A stretch of 64,000 nucleotides of DNA from Callorhinchus milii (Eukaryota): contig NW_024704743.1 of the NCBI RefSeq assembly GCF_018977255.1, positions 25,608,001 through 25,672,000 on the forward strand, written 5' to 3'. The position numbers and the translations under genes were made by a program. Below, piece by piece: positions 13,198 to 26,592 of the stretch. Every line of letters starts with the position of its first letter. The stretch's first letter is position 1. The notes under the pieces are model-generated. The model was not told the DNA's origin and ran no database searches. It saw only the letters and a list, made by a program, of their open reading frames with translations.

Positions 13198-13815
13198 CAA
13201 CAACAAGATTCCATTTATAGAGCGCCTTTCATGTCGGGAGGACGTCCCAAGGCGCTCTACAGTTGGGTCAGGACCCGAGCAGGTCGAAGAGGAAAGTCTT
13301 TCAGTTGTGATCTAAAAGAGGGGAAGGAGGAGGCAAGGCAGAAAGATTGGGCGAAGAGTGTTCCAAAGTTTTGGGGTGTAGTGGCTGAAAGCACAGCTGC
13401 CGATGGTGGAGCTAGGGGATGACAACAACAACTTGGATTTATATAGCTCCCTCCATACCGGACGGCACCTCAGAGCGCTTTACAGTAACGGATCCCGGGA
13501 CCGAGCCAGTGGGAGGGGGAGGAAGGTGACCAAAGGCACGGTCAAAAAGAAAGATGTTCAACAGAGACCTGAAAATGGGAAAGGAGGGAGCAAGACGAAG
13601 GGAGTGAGGAAGGCAGTTCCAGAGCCTTGGGCATAGTGGCTGAAGGCATGGGGGACAAGCAGGAGGCCAGAGCCAGCTGAGCGAAGGCAGGCGTATTAGA
13701 ATGGGGAGAAAGCAGGTAAGAAAGGCAGGGAGCTGCTAGGATATGAAGGGATTTGAGAGGATCTTGAAATCGATTCATTCTGCCAGTGGAGCCTAGTGAG
13801 GACTGGTATGATGGG
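13198..13815 (-). mobile_element. Two adjacent/nested LINE-2 3' ends of different subfamilies
   Basis: Two (CAA)n tails at about 13198 and 13422, each followed by L2 3' sequence. Confidence 0.75.
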
Positions 13816-14689
13816 GTAATAGTCAATATTGGACTTGAACCTTTGAAACCATGACCTGCTTCAAAGTTTTATACAGAGTAAGAACTCTTTCTGGAAAGGA
13901 AAAGAATACATGAAGTGGTATTGAGTGAGCAGACTCTTTTAAGGAGGTGCAATTGACAAAATATTTTTTGAGACAGATCAGAAGAAGCTTTGCTTTCTAC
14001 CTGGGAACATTTGATGTTAGCACCGTGTACTGGAAGATAAGTGATTTATAATGATAATAGCCCTTGTATTTGATATGCACCTTATCAAGTCTTTGAGGCA
14101 TCTCAAAGCAATTTGTTCTGATATAACTCACTAAACGAGCACCAAAGGATAAAAAGGAGTTACAGCATTTTTTCCTCATCTCCTGTTTATATAGTGGTAA
14201 GTAGCTGGCAGAACTTTCTGTAGTTATTGTAACTAAGCTATTACTCATAACTGCATGACAAAATCTCAGCAAATGTGCTGCAATTTTCAATTGCGCAAGT
14301 AAGAAACACTAGACAGACTGTGCTGTCACTGCAGACTTGTCTGGATGATTTTTAAAAAAATTGTATTCTAGTTGGTCAGATCTGTGATTCCTTGTGCTTG
14401 TGTGGTCACAGTTACAGTATCTGTGCTGCTTGAACACATTGCTGAGTAACAAAGGAATGAGCAAAGTCAGTTTCAGTTTTCTGACTTGATAAACGTTTTC
14501 TCCGCTGTCCATATTCATTTTCTTCCTGTTGAATCAGGAAGTTGTTCAACTTCCCTCTGAGTGGTTTGGGTGACTCATTATTTGCAATACCGGAATGCAG
14601 TATTATCTGTAAGCTAGCTATTCTGCTTTCCTCCTCCTCGATTTCTCCATTCCTGTAAGCACTGAATTATGCTGGGTGGAGGTACCGGA

Positions 14690-14830
14690 CGACAACAACA
14701 ACTTGCACTTATATAGGGGCCCTCCACACAGGGTAGCGTCTCAGAGCGCTTAACAGTGGGGGAGCCTGACTCCGAGCCAGGGAGGAGGGAGGTGGCTGTA
14801 AGCACGGTTGAAGAGGAAGGGAAGCAGCAA
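14690..14830 (-). mobile_element. Short LINE-2 3' end, same subfamily as 2266
   Basis: gggtagcgtctcagagcgcttaacagtgg shared with 2306-2335. Confidence 0.8.
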
Positions 14831-15460
14831 GGAACAGCAGGAAGGGAAGAGGAAGGGAACAACGGGAGCTTTGTCCACCTTTCCCAAGTCGCCGTTCTTC
14901 ATGTGTGAATCCAGGTGATGATTCAGACATGAAGATTTATCACAACTGAGCCTGATACTATCCTCATCCAATATTCACACGTGGATACTTTACATCAAGG
15001 GTTATTGGATTGTGATCAGGAACGGGAAGCCTGGTTGAGAATTCCTTTCCCTAGCCCAAGACAGCGATCAATTGCATCACATTCCCACTAATGGCACAGA
15101 CTGGAGATCAAACTTAATCTTCCAAATCTGTATGACACAATTTCAAACTAGGTGATGGTTTACCAGTTAAATCAAATGGGGAAGCTAAACATTTGTTAAG
15201 TCTATGGATGTGATTCTTGCATTGAGTTTATTCTAAAGTTTGGCCCTGTTCATCCTTATTTCACATAAGATGAATGGAGCTGGATGATGTAACTTTAAAA
15301 CTAATTCCTTTCAAATTACACAAAAGACTGAATGATATTATTTTCCCACGGAGTAGTGGATATGTGTACAGTAAACCTCACAATTCGTATCAATTAGGAC
15401 TATACATTTAATATAACTTATGCAAGTATGAGTTATGTCAAACTTGCATAAGTCGTATCA

Positions 15461-15830
15461 TAATAATGATGATCCTTGCATTTGATATAACGTCTTATCA
15501 CATCTGCTAGACGTTTCAAAACGCTTCACGGAATACACTGTCAAGTGAATTGACTGTATGTTTTGTGGGTGAAACGTGGCAGCCATTTGCGCACAGCAGT
15601 GTCCCACAAACAGTCATGGATTAAGTGTCCAAACAGTAATATATTTTTTTAAAGGGATTATTACCCTTGGAAAAGCGATCTTCAACAGACTAACAACCGG
15701 GGTTCCTACTTACTGCTAAGTAAATGGAGCTATGTGGAGTAAGGAAACTTGCCCAACATTGCGTCCTGCTAGGAATTTAACCGAGGTCTCTCGCTTGTGA
15801 TTACCTCTAACCACTAAGGTACAGGACTCC
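15461..15830 (-). mobile_element. Full-length tRNA-derived SINE (family A)
   Basis: Head, body and tail align by eye with the copy at 37716. Confidence 0.85.
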
Positions 15831-17744
15831 ACAGATTATGACATGTGTAAGGTTATCTATAAATTGGATTTCATTTGACTAACATGCAATAAAAGTATTG
15901 TACTGGCTGGTGATTTGAAGGCAGGGTTTCTGTACCATGTTTAACCCTTGCATATTAAAGTGATAGTAATTCATTATTTCCATATACAGTATTGCATAGT
16001 ACTGTACCTCATGTGCAGAAAACATGTACTGTACAACGAATGGCACAACCAAACAGGTTTGAAAACAGAACTGTTTTAGTAGAATATAAACTCTTAAAAA
16101 GATTGTTTCACATGGAGCAGGGTGATCCAACCTTTTGGCTGCTGAGTGTTATTCCTCTACTATCACCCCTCCACCAGTTTCTTTTATTATTTAAATCTTT
16201 TTTGTGTGTCTCAGTATCCTGATTGAACTCCACATCTGGCAAGAATAGATGTAACTTGCTAGCATGTCTTCACGGTTCAATGAATGAATGCTTAGAGTCC
16301 CTTTTGTTGCCTTGCTGTGAATCTTCCCACTGCCTGCATATCACAAGGACTGAGGTGGTTTAGAGAGAAGGCTAAAACACCACTTTTTCAAGGCAACCAC
16401 AGATTGATACTGAGTACTGACTCCGTGAGGGTTGCCCACAACCTGAGATCAGTTTAAAAATATTTTTTTGGTCAGCCGCTTGTCTGACTCAGGCAGAAGC
16501 CCATCACCGTGCTTAAGGAGTATCCACATTAGCTTGAGAGTTCCATATATGTCACCTACTTGTGGGAATTCTGATGTCTGAAATGATTTGTGCATCCTCT
16601 CCTCAGAGGGTTCATTGTCTGGAAAGCTTCCCTCTGCATATCCAGCTAGCATTATCCTAACCGTTAGGCTTTAACTTGCAGGGTTAACAGGAGATGACTG
16701 GGAATAATCCTTGCCTTGAGTGACTGGCCTGGCGTTCCAAGCCCTGCCGATGAGTCCGAGTCCAATGCTGCGAACCAGGATCACTCAGCACTGAGGAGCT
16801 TTGGCAAATACACATGGACTCTGTTAATGCTCCTCCAGGGTGCTTAGCGACCGGTCAGTGTAGGCCAGCCAGAGCCCTCCTCCCTCCTGACAGCTGCTTC
16901 CTGTGTTTACCACAAATCCACTGCCAAAAATTCTTGCATGTATGATGAACACAACCAAACAGAACTTGACATGTCTCACTGTCACTTCCTTGGACTCGAC
17001 TCTTTGTATCCAGTAGTGTGATATTGGTCTATAGTGATATAGACACTTTCTGTTACATCAGAATTGAATGTAATAGTTTAATCATTTATGACGTTGGTGT
17101 GATTACTGCGTACTGCTGACAGTCCAGCGCCTTGGGACGTCCTCCTGACTTGAAAGGCGCTATACATATGTAATTTTGTATTGTATTGCTACCAGTACAA
17201 CAGCGCAAAACATATTTCTGTTCTAATGGGGGAGAGGATGGAGGGAGAAAAACATTGAATGTTGTACCTTAAGTATATGCTTTGGTTGTTAAAAATGTTA
17301 TGGTGCAACACAGTTTGTATCGTAGATTCTAGGTATCTCCATCAGGATGTGTGAAAGCCCAACTGACCCAGGTCAACATTGGGAAATGTCTTGTGGAATG
17401 TCAGTGCTCGTGCAGAAACTGGAGAAAGTATTTGTACCACAAGCTACATTGTTCAGCCTTTGCGAACTTCCATTGCTAGATACAAATTGTATGCATTGAG
17501 GCCCTCTGTCTGAAAGTCACTCTGCTACTACAGGGGTATGGGTTTGTTTGGTTACGATTTTTGACACTTAACAAATTGTATCTTAATGGGACCTTTGAGT
17601 TGGATTGGTGGTTGGTTCACTGATATTCTGTATGTTTTGGAAGACATGAGAAAGCTTGATCCTGGGATGACTTGTTTTGTGTCGTTCCAATAGGGAAAGG
17701 CCTGCCCCGGGCACCACCTAGTGCACAGTTGTAACAATAATATT

Positions 17745-17960
17745 TAGGCACCGCAGTGTCCCACAAACGGCCATGCAGTGAGTGACCAGTTTTATTGGGG
17801 GGAATTGTTGGGCCTGGCATCAGGAGAAACTCCCTTCTTTTCGAACAGTGCCTTGGGATTTTTAACATCCACCTGAGAATCCGAGTCCTGGCGAGTGGCT
17901 TGAATCCACAACCTTCTGACTCGGAGACAAGAATACTACAACTGCGCAAGGCTGGCACAC
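17745..17960 (-). mobile_element. Deu-domain SINE, partial
   Basis: caggagaaactcccttcttttcgaacagtgcc..catccacctga. Confidence 0.7.
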
Positions 17961-18629
17961 AAACCATTACCCCTGGAAAATGACCTGCCGATCAACTAAC
18001 AACCACCTTCCTACTTAATAATCCTTGCATTTGATGCATTTGATTATCATGTTTTCGAGATGTTTCAAAGCGCTTCACAGAATATACTGTAAATTGACTG
18101 TATGTTTTTGTGGGCAAAAAAAATCTACTTACTGCTAGATAAACAGAGACATAAGTGACATGTGTGAAATGATCCTTTGCCAAAAACTTGTGGATCCTGT
18201 ACTTCTGTTGCTGTTGTAACCAGTTGAGAAACAACAGTGCTACAGTTCTTCAACTTGTTCTTACAACCAAAGCAAGTGTTAAACCAACAGAAAATTCCAC
18301 GAAACAGTGAAATACTGAAATTTGTTCCCACTGTGGGTAAGATCTGATAACTCGCTTCTGAATTAACAGGTCATGTTCCTTGGAACAGAAACCATTAGAT
18401 GTGGGTTCACAATGAATAGGTTCAAGTTCAATGGGAGCTCAGTGTGACTGCATCCAGCCAGTGTGAAGCTTTTATCAACAAGGCTGATCAACTATTAGAA
18501 TTGATTCAACGCTGACCTGGAAAAGTTTCTCTCAAAACTATTGCTTTTCCACAGGCCTTCTAACAGTTATTGAGTGAATACTGGTGGTGCAGATCCTGTG
18601 TAGCATTCATTTGTTCCACACATCGAGCC

Positions 18630-19790
18630 ATAGAATTGTACAACATGGTTGGGGGCTGTTGGGCCCATTTTGCGTATTGGTGTTTGCTTCTCAAAGTGCC
18701 ACCCACCTGAATCTCAGTTCCCTGTTCTTTCCCTATGCTCTTTATTGGTTTAGTTTGATTATCTTTTAATTGCTCCAAAGAACTCTGCTCAAACATCCAC
18801 CCTGGCAAATCATTCCATGTCTTGACAATCCTCTCAGAGGAGAAGTTCCCAAGAACTTCTTCCTTTTACTCCCCAAATCGCAATCTTGAATTCCTGCCCT
18901 CCTGTCCTTGATCCCTTACCTGTGGAAAGAGTATTTCCATGATGAATTCTCTCAAACTTTTTCATTAACTTAAACACTTAGATCACATCACTTCCTCAAC
19001 CTTCTCTGCCTCAACAGAAAGAGTCCTAACCTTTAGCCTCTCCTCATAGTTTTATCTTTTCATTTCTTTATCACATCTTTCCAAGGTGAAAGGCTTTCTT
19101 TATCTGCAATCCCAATTTTAATGAACTGTGTATTTTTACCCCCAGATCCCAATGTTCTTTCATTCCATTAAGAATATTACCACCCAGGGTATAATTCTGC
19201 TTCCCGTCCTTTCTCCCAAAATGTGCCACTTTGCATTTATCTATATCGAACTCCATTCTCTACAAATCTGCCCACCTCACTGACCCATCAATGTGTACTC
19301 TAGCTTCCTGCAATCCTACACTGTTAAAGTCTTCTAATTTAGTATTATCTCCAAATTTATCTATCATTCCCCCAACTCCTGATTATTCATTCATACAAAG
19401 GTCCCATGCCACTAACTACTCTCCACCAATCGGAAAAATATCCCTCAATTTCCACTCTATACCATCCTGTCCTTCAACCATTCCTTTGTTTGATGCCATT
19501 TTATCTCGTCCAAGTGCCTTAATTTTGATTGCAAGTATCTTATGTGGCAGCCAATAAAACACATTCGGAAATTCCAAATAAAACATCTGCTGCATCTTCC
19601 CTCATCCACATTCTTGGTTACCTCTACAAAGAATTCAATGAAATTAGTTAGACATAATCCATCCTTTACTGAACCATGATGGGTTGTGTCCTTTATCGGG
19701 AACACATATTCTCCAATTACATCCGTTGACATCCACAGCCTTAAGTAGCTTCCCTAGACCTGACTTGAGATTTGTATTTCCTTGACTCTT
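18630..19790 (-). mobile_element. Decayed CR1 LINE (RT to 3' UTR)
   Basis: CLTNFIEFFVEVTKNVDEG and MEFDIDKCKVAHFGRK..DLGVKIHSSLK are CR1 RT motifs; broken by frameshifts. Confidence 0.85.
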
Positions 19791-20100
19791 CCCTTCACTA
19801 TCTGGTCGAACTTTTAAGAACCTTTCACATTCAGTAGATTGTTGCCTAAATAGCGGCAGTGGAGACCAGGAGCTGCATCCGAATATCGGGCAACTTTGCC
19901 TCTGGACACTTTCCTGTTCTACTCCAGGATTCAGTAAACCAGGATGTGTCAGTTTCCAGCAGCGGAGCCATTTCTTTAGGGAAGCAGAGCTGCTGTGTGC
20001 AGATGGAAGGTAGAGCTGTGATTGTGCATTTTTTTTAAAAAAAAGTTGTAAATGACCGTGCGGCTCAGTTGTACTCTAAGTGTCACCATGTCGCTTATGT

Positions 20101-20391
20101 CAGGGTGGTCCAACCTTTTGGCTGCCTTTGGCCGGATGCCAGATTGAGAAACTTCCGTGGGCCCCATAAGCAATATTTTATCCTGTTTCGCCAATCCTGT
20201 TACCGGGCAGAGCCTGAATGCCCGGCGACTGTCTCCTGATTGACTCGGGGCCTGAGTACCACCTGTACTTGCTCGGTGGACGATAAATTTGGGAATGGTT
20301 TGCGGACGGGATGAAATCATTCCCCCGGGCCGGATGCGGCCCCCGAGCCGTCAGTTGGACCCACCCACCCCACCCCACCCCCCCCCCCCCA
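20101..20391. mobile_element. hAT (Charlie-like) MITE
   Basis: TIRs cagggtggtccaac / gttggacccaccc; subterminal gggccggatgcggccc; imperfect 8-bp TSD gcttatgt / gcttagat. Confidence 0.65.
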
Positions 20392-23300
20392 GCTTAGATC
20401 AATAAGATATGGTACATGAAATCCAAAATAGATTGGAACTTTTCCGCCTCTTTTCGGGGGGGGAAAAAAAAATCAGCTGGCGCCTGAGCACGTTACAGAT
20501 TTTGGTTTTTTTTGGCACTCAGTGGGTAAAAAAACTCGTCTACCCTGGCTGCTGCTGCTATTTAGGTTGTGACTAACAGAAAACATTATCCCAAAGGTTC
20601 CACGCTTGCACAAGGTAAAAACTTATTGCTCAAGCTGTGAAACAAAGCTGCGGATAGAGGCGGCCGAAGGCTTTAAAAACCTTCAGTATCTCAATACAAT
20701 TCAGTACTTTTCACTGCAGGTTTCCCAGTGACAGCAGGAGTGCAGTTACCAGCAGATAGATAGATACTCAATAAAAGTTAATAGTTTCAGAAGTGTAGCA
20801 AATTTTAAAGATTTGTGTTTATAGTAGGTTTTTCCCATTGTAAGCACACACTACTGTCAAAGTTGCTACACTTGCCACCGAGTGGAATATCTGAGAATGA
20901 TTAATCAAATTGTGTAATTCCCACTTAGAAAATTGTGTGAAAGTTTGGACAGAAAGGGGATATCTAATGCAATGGTGGGAGTTCAGAGAAAAATAAGTAG
21001 GACATCTGGGTCTTGGGCTCTTAAATTCTGAAGAAGATTATCATGTTGTTAATGTTTCAAAGGACTTCACAGAATTTATTGTAAACTGTACTTGTGGGTA
21101 AATGCAGCAGGTAATTTGCACACAGCAATATTCCACAAACAGCCATGAAGTTGAATGACCAGTTTTATGACCTGAACACTAGGAGAAACTCCCTTCTCTT
21201 TTCGAATAGTGCCATGGAATCTTTCACAACAACAACAACTTACATTTATATAGCGTCATTCATCCGGGGTAGTGTCCTGGAGAGCTTGATGTCCACCTGA
21301 ACAGGCAGCCTGGACCATGATTTTTAACTTCTCATTAAATCCTCTGTGGAAATCTGGGCCCTGCCCTTTGAATGAGAAATTAAACCAATGCCGTCTTGTT
21401 TGCTGGTTCTTCGGGGGGATTTCAAAAGATCCCATTATACAATTTTTAAAAATTCTCCCCGTATCCTGGCCAGATAAAATGGTCGTTGTCAATTTTCCTC
21501 TTCTTTGACTAATTTACAAGAATGATAAGATATTCACAATTATCCTCTTCTTTGTCTTGTCATCCAGATAAATTGGTCATTCTCTTCATATCTGTTTGAG
21601 GCCTTGGCTCAGAAAAATAGATGTTGCATTTGCCTACAGAAACTGACTACACATCACGCTAATTTTTGTGCAGTATTTGAAATACTTTGATGTTCTAGGT
21701 ATTACAGTATTACCTGTGGTATGCCACTGGATGGAATTTTAAGTGCAGGTCTGTATTAATGCCCTGGGAGCAGGGAGCCTCTTCACATATTTGATTGCAG
21801 CTAATCTTTCAGAAAAAATTGTGTGGGTTGGGTAGAGTTAGAACAAACTGCACCTGGTCTGTGGAGCCAAGAGCCTCAATGTGTCAACTGATCTTCCTTT
21901 GTTCATTAGGTTTTTCTTCTGTCATGGGATAAATTCTGATTTTCACAGACCCTGGTAGATTATCTTTTTTAGATTATCTTCACTTGTGGCAAAGACTTGG
22001 GTGGTTTGGCCTATTTAATTATTTTTAAGATTAATCTACTAAAATGTTTCTATGGCTCTGCTGGTGCCACAGACAAAACTGTTAAAGAATGTGATTTAAT
22101 AAGGATGAGAGAAAGGCTTTGAATTTGTTTTAATCAAAACAAAAATCGAATGATCTTTTCAATAAGGTTAAGACCTAATTTAACCCAATTGGTGTTTCAT
22201 AAAGAATGTTTCTCAAGAATGCCTTTGTAATATTGATGCTGACTGGACTTTTGTGCTTGTAACAAACCAACAGGAGGAAGCAGAGGTTGCAAATGGAGTG
22301 CAAATTATACCCTTAACCTCTGGAACTCTCTGCCTTGCCCCCTCTTTGTCTATCTTTAAATTCCACCTTTAAATGTAACTCTTCGACTGCACCTACGGTT
22401 ACCTCCAAATCCCCTTGTCCCTGCTCTGAGAAATTTATCTTACGTGTGAAGGGCGCGGTATAAATGCAAGTTGTTGCTGGTGGTTTTAAATGCTTCTGGA
22501 GCACGGAATTGAAGCCAAATATGGCTGAGACAAGTAAACTTAGCATGGGAAGGGGTGGGGGGTTGGGTGCGATTTTCTGGTCTGAACACCCAGATGACCA
22601 AAAAAAAGGTGGTAGCTCTTCATGTGTGAGGCTTCATTGTGAATTATCAAGAGCAGAGCCTGATCCAGTTCTCACCTGGCCAAGTTCTTCTGGATATACG
22701 TTCCACCAGTAGGTCATTGGATATTGATCAGATTGGGAGCTGGCTGATTTTTCTCATTTTAGCAAAGGTTGTGTTGTGGCCAGTTAAAACCATAGAAATT
22801 TACGGCGCTGGAGTCCGTACGGCCAATCCTGTCTGCGACTAAATGGATCACTCTTTCAAAGACAGACAGCACAGTCGTCTGCCTTTTTCCCCATACAATT
22901 TATATTTGTCTTTTTCAGATATTAATCCAATTCATCCTGTCTTAGTTGGAAGCAGGCTCACCTCCTACTCAGAAGATTGTGGTTTCAACCTACATAATCT
23001 ATTGCGACACTCCAATGCAGTACTATGGATGGGCTACATTGTCTGAGGTGCCATCCTTCGGATGAGATGTTGGCATTAAATCTCGTTTGGGCATTCTGAA
23101 AGATAAGGTTACATTTTATACAGGGCTAACATTCAGTTTACCCATGGATGCTTTCTTTACTTTAACTACCGTATGAGGCTAAAGGTCAGGATAGTGTAGA
23201 AGCAAATATTTGGACAGCTATGCAGTGTCATTAAGGAGTGGCTCAGTAGGTAGCATTATTCTTTCAACTGAGAATTTTCAGATCTGAGTTTAATTTGTTT

Positions 23301-23559
23301 ATCAAAGGCTACAAAATGAATGTTAATGTTGATTGGTTATATACAGTATCCCTTTGCTTCAGTAAAATAAGCCCATCATATCTCAACATGGTAGCATGAT
23401 TTGATGGTAGTATTTGATCAGATTTAGCTGAACATCAGAGTATTACTGTCCCCATGATGCTCCTTCATTAAGGAACCAGGTTGAAGGGTGTTGTGAAAGA
23501 GCTGATCCCAAACTCTCCCTACATCACTGATTCTTTCCACCACCCTACACTCCTTGGAG

Positions 23560-23945
23560 CCCATTTCTCCCTTTCAACCATCATCATCTACACGAAGCCC
23601 ACCACTTGCTGCTCAACTCCCTCCCCACCCAGCTGTTGGTCACCCAACTCCCCCTCCTCTGCTCTGCTGGCTGACGCAGCCAACCAGATCCTCTACTCAG
23701 GCTCCATTCCCACATGCCCTCAAAACTGCTATCATCAATCCCCTCCTCAAAAAATCCACCCTTCATTGCTTCTGACTTTGCAGACTACTGGCTCATCTCA
23801 AACTTGTCCATCATTTTTTAAAGTTCTGGAACATATTGTTGCCAACCAACTTCGCTCACATCTCTCCATCCACGAGCCCCTCCAGGCCAGTTTCAGCCCT
23901 GCCCCCATGACCAAGACGGAGCTAGTCAGTCACAAACGATATCCT
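23560..23945 (+). mobile_element. LINE-2 RT internal fragment
   Basis: FPHALKTAIINPLLKK and FKVLEHIVANQL in adjacent frames. Confidence 0.75.
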
Positions 23946-25935
23946 CTCTCACTTTCTGTGTCTCTCTCTCTCTCTGTATTGTGTATCCCAACAACTGCAT
24001 TATAACGGTGCTTCACTGTATTAAGTAATGCATGCGTCCATGCACCAAGTTCAAAATGAAAATAGTGACTCAGACTGGTTTACAAAGACAGTTGGCAGTT
24101 TTGGACCCCGGATAGATGCAGTGACCAATTCTCACAGTTTCTTCAGCAGCTGCAGACGGAACAAACATTTCAGCCATTTAGAGCAGATATTGTGCTGCTA
24201 TTGATGAGCCCTGCAGCGAGGGGAAACCAGTGCGTGGTTCAAATTAACTGGGTACTCAAAATCTCTTTGCGCTGAGTTTGGTATCTTGAAACGCACCTTA
24301 GGGAATGGGGAAAGAAAGGGTAGTGTTTTTTTTGTGATTTATGATGACCTTACACAATGTCTGCTTGTGATTGTGTTATTTGAATAAATCACGGCCGATC
24401 TGTAATGGGAAAAGTAGGGCTCTACTTTGTGGTGTCCTCAGCTCAACTCTTTTAAATCTCCCAATGACTAAACAGCCATTGGCTGGAAATGGTGACATCA
24501 CGTGTATGCCACAGTCACATTGTCTGTTATTCTTATAATAAATCTTGTATCTGATGCAGTGCTAATAACGTCAAAATGTCTCAGAACACGAATGCGGTGA
24601 AGTTTAGTGAATGTATTTGTAGGAAGTGTTCTGAGCAAGTCTGAACCTTTTGTAGCATTTCCTCAAGGTGTAAAGAACTTTTTTTTCAGTCAGCTGGGTG
24701 TCTGACACGTGCAGAGGCCCATCACCGTGCTTAAGAGCATCCATAATAGTAAATAATAATTGTAAAACCTGGGCATATAGGCCAGGAGCAAAATTGCTTC
24801 ATCGTTCCTGGCTTCTGCTCCCTTAGGTGGCGGGTGTAGAACAAATGCTTGTGCTTTGGCTGTAGTTTTTGAATAGAAAGGCTGGCCTGCACTACAAGCC
24901 GTACTTAAATCTCAACACCACCACTTGAGCATTACTTGTAGTGCAGCTATACGCCAGTGTAAAATCGGCTTGAGTCACTGTACATGTTTGGCATACGCTC
25001 AGAAGTGTTTAATGCGTCTTTGATCATTATGTGTCCTTGTAATTTCTGCAGCCACTTTATAGCGCCGCTCAGCTGTCTATTGAGTGGTGATCCTAGATCT
25101 GAGAAAGTAAAGTGAAAGTGACTGCTCTCGTTTCTGTTGCCCACCAGTCCTTCGTTGCATCACGCACACCGCTGAGTTTACTCTCATTGCTTGAGCAAAA
25201 TAGCCAGTGCTGGAGAGCAACACAATGACACTGTGTGGTGTCCTGCTCTGCCTTTATTCTCGACGCTGTGCAGTGCACCGAGCAAGTTAGAGGAACTCCT
25301 TTGGAATGTGTACCACTCAGTCACACATGAAAGGCGGTATCTCAAACGCAGGGAGTATCATCATTATTAGTAGTATTATTATTATTCATATTAGTATTAT
25401 TTCTGCAGGTTATGTGAAAATGTGGCGAGTGTAAGGTTTTCCTGATGTCAGACTGGGAGACAGGGTTTTGAGATCAATATAATCTCCCTGAAGACATTAG
25501 ACGTTCTGAATAGGTGACTAGCTGTGCAAACATTTATAGTGCTGCTTACTGCTTGTAAACAGCACACAAGCAGGCCATGCGCTGGTGCTAGAAGAAAGAA
25601 GCAGCATCTTTATAATAGTTGAACCCAAGCCTCCTGACTCAGGAGAGAGTGCAACAACTGAGCCAGAGCTGATGTATTTTCATAGCGCCTCAAAATGCTG
25701 CATGAGTAATTACTGTTACATTTAGAGGCTTCTTGTGTGCAAAAATGGCAGCCATTTCACCAAGTTGCCACAAGTAGGATAATGATAATCATCCTTACAT
25801 TTGGTGTAGCACCTTCCATATCAAAATGTTCCAAAGAGTTTTAAAAAAAGTCCTGTAATGTACAGTCATTTTGTGCATAGTAATATTCCACAAACAGTCA
25901 GGAAGTGAATGACTGACTTTATTTGGGGGATTTTC

Positions 25936-26158
25936 AACAACAACAACTTGGATTTATTTAGCACTCTCCATGCCGGACGGTGACTCAGAGTGCTTTACAG
26001 TAACGGATCCCGGGGCCGAGCCAGGGGGAGGGGGAGGAAGGTGACCAAAGGCGCGGTCGAAAAGAACGGTCTTCAGCAGAGACCTGAAAATGGGAAGGGA
26101 GGGAGCGAGATGAAGGGAGTGAGGAAGGGAGTTCCAGAGCCTCGGGGCCTAGTGGCTT
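25936..26158 (-). mobile_element. LINE-2 3' end
   Basis: (CAA)n tail; reverse complement of 26370-26592. Confidence 0.85.
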
Positions 26159-26210
26159 CAGATTAAATGGTTATTAAAAAAGTTAAGAGAATTTCTCCTA
26201 GTGACCTGGG

Positions 26211-26592
26211 AAAATCCTCACCCTTGTATTCAAGTCCCTGCACTTCTCTGCACCCCCCTACCTCTCTGACCTCTCTCCTCAAAACAGTGCCCATTGCCCT
26301 CGTTCCTCCAGGTCTGGCCTCCTCCTCGTCCCCCGAGTCCTCCACTCCGCTCTCGGCGGCCGTGCCTTCAGCCACTATGCCCCGAGGCTCTGGAACTCCC
26401 TTCCTCACTCCCTTTGCTTTGCTCCCTCCCTTCCTATTTACGGGTCTCTGCTGAAGACCTTTCTTTTCGACCGCACCTTTGGTCACCTTCCTCCCCCTTT
26501 CCCCTGGCTCGGCCCCGGGATCCGTTACTGTAAAGAGCTCTGAGTCGCCGTCCGGCGTGGAGGGCACTATATAAATCCAAGTTGTTGTTGTT
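26211..26592 (+). mobile_element. LINE-2 3' end
   Basis: KILTLVFKSLH..; (TTG)n tail. Confidence 0.85.
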
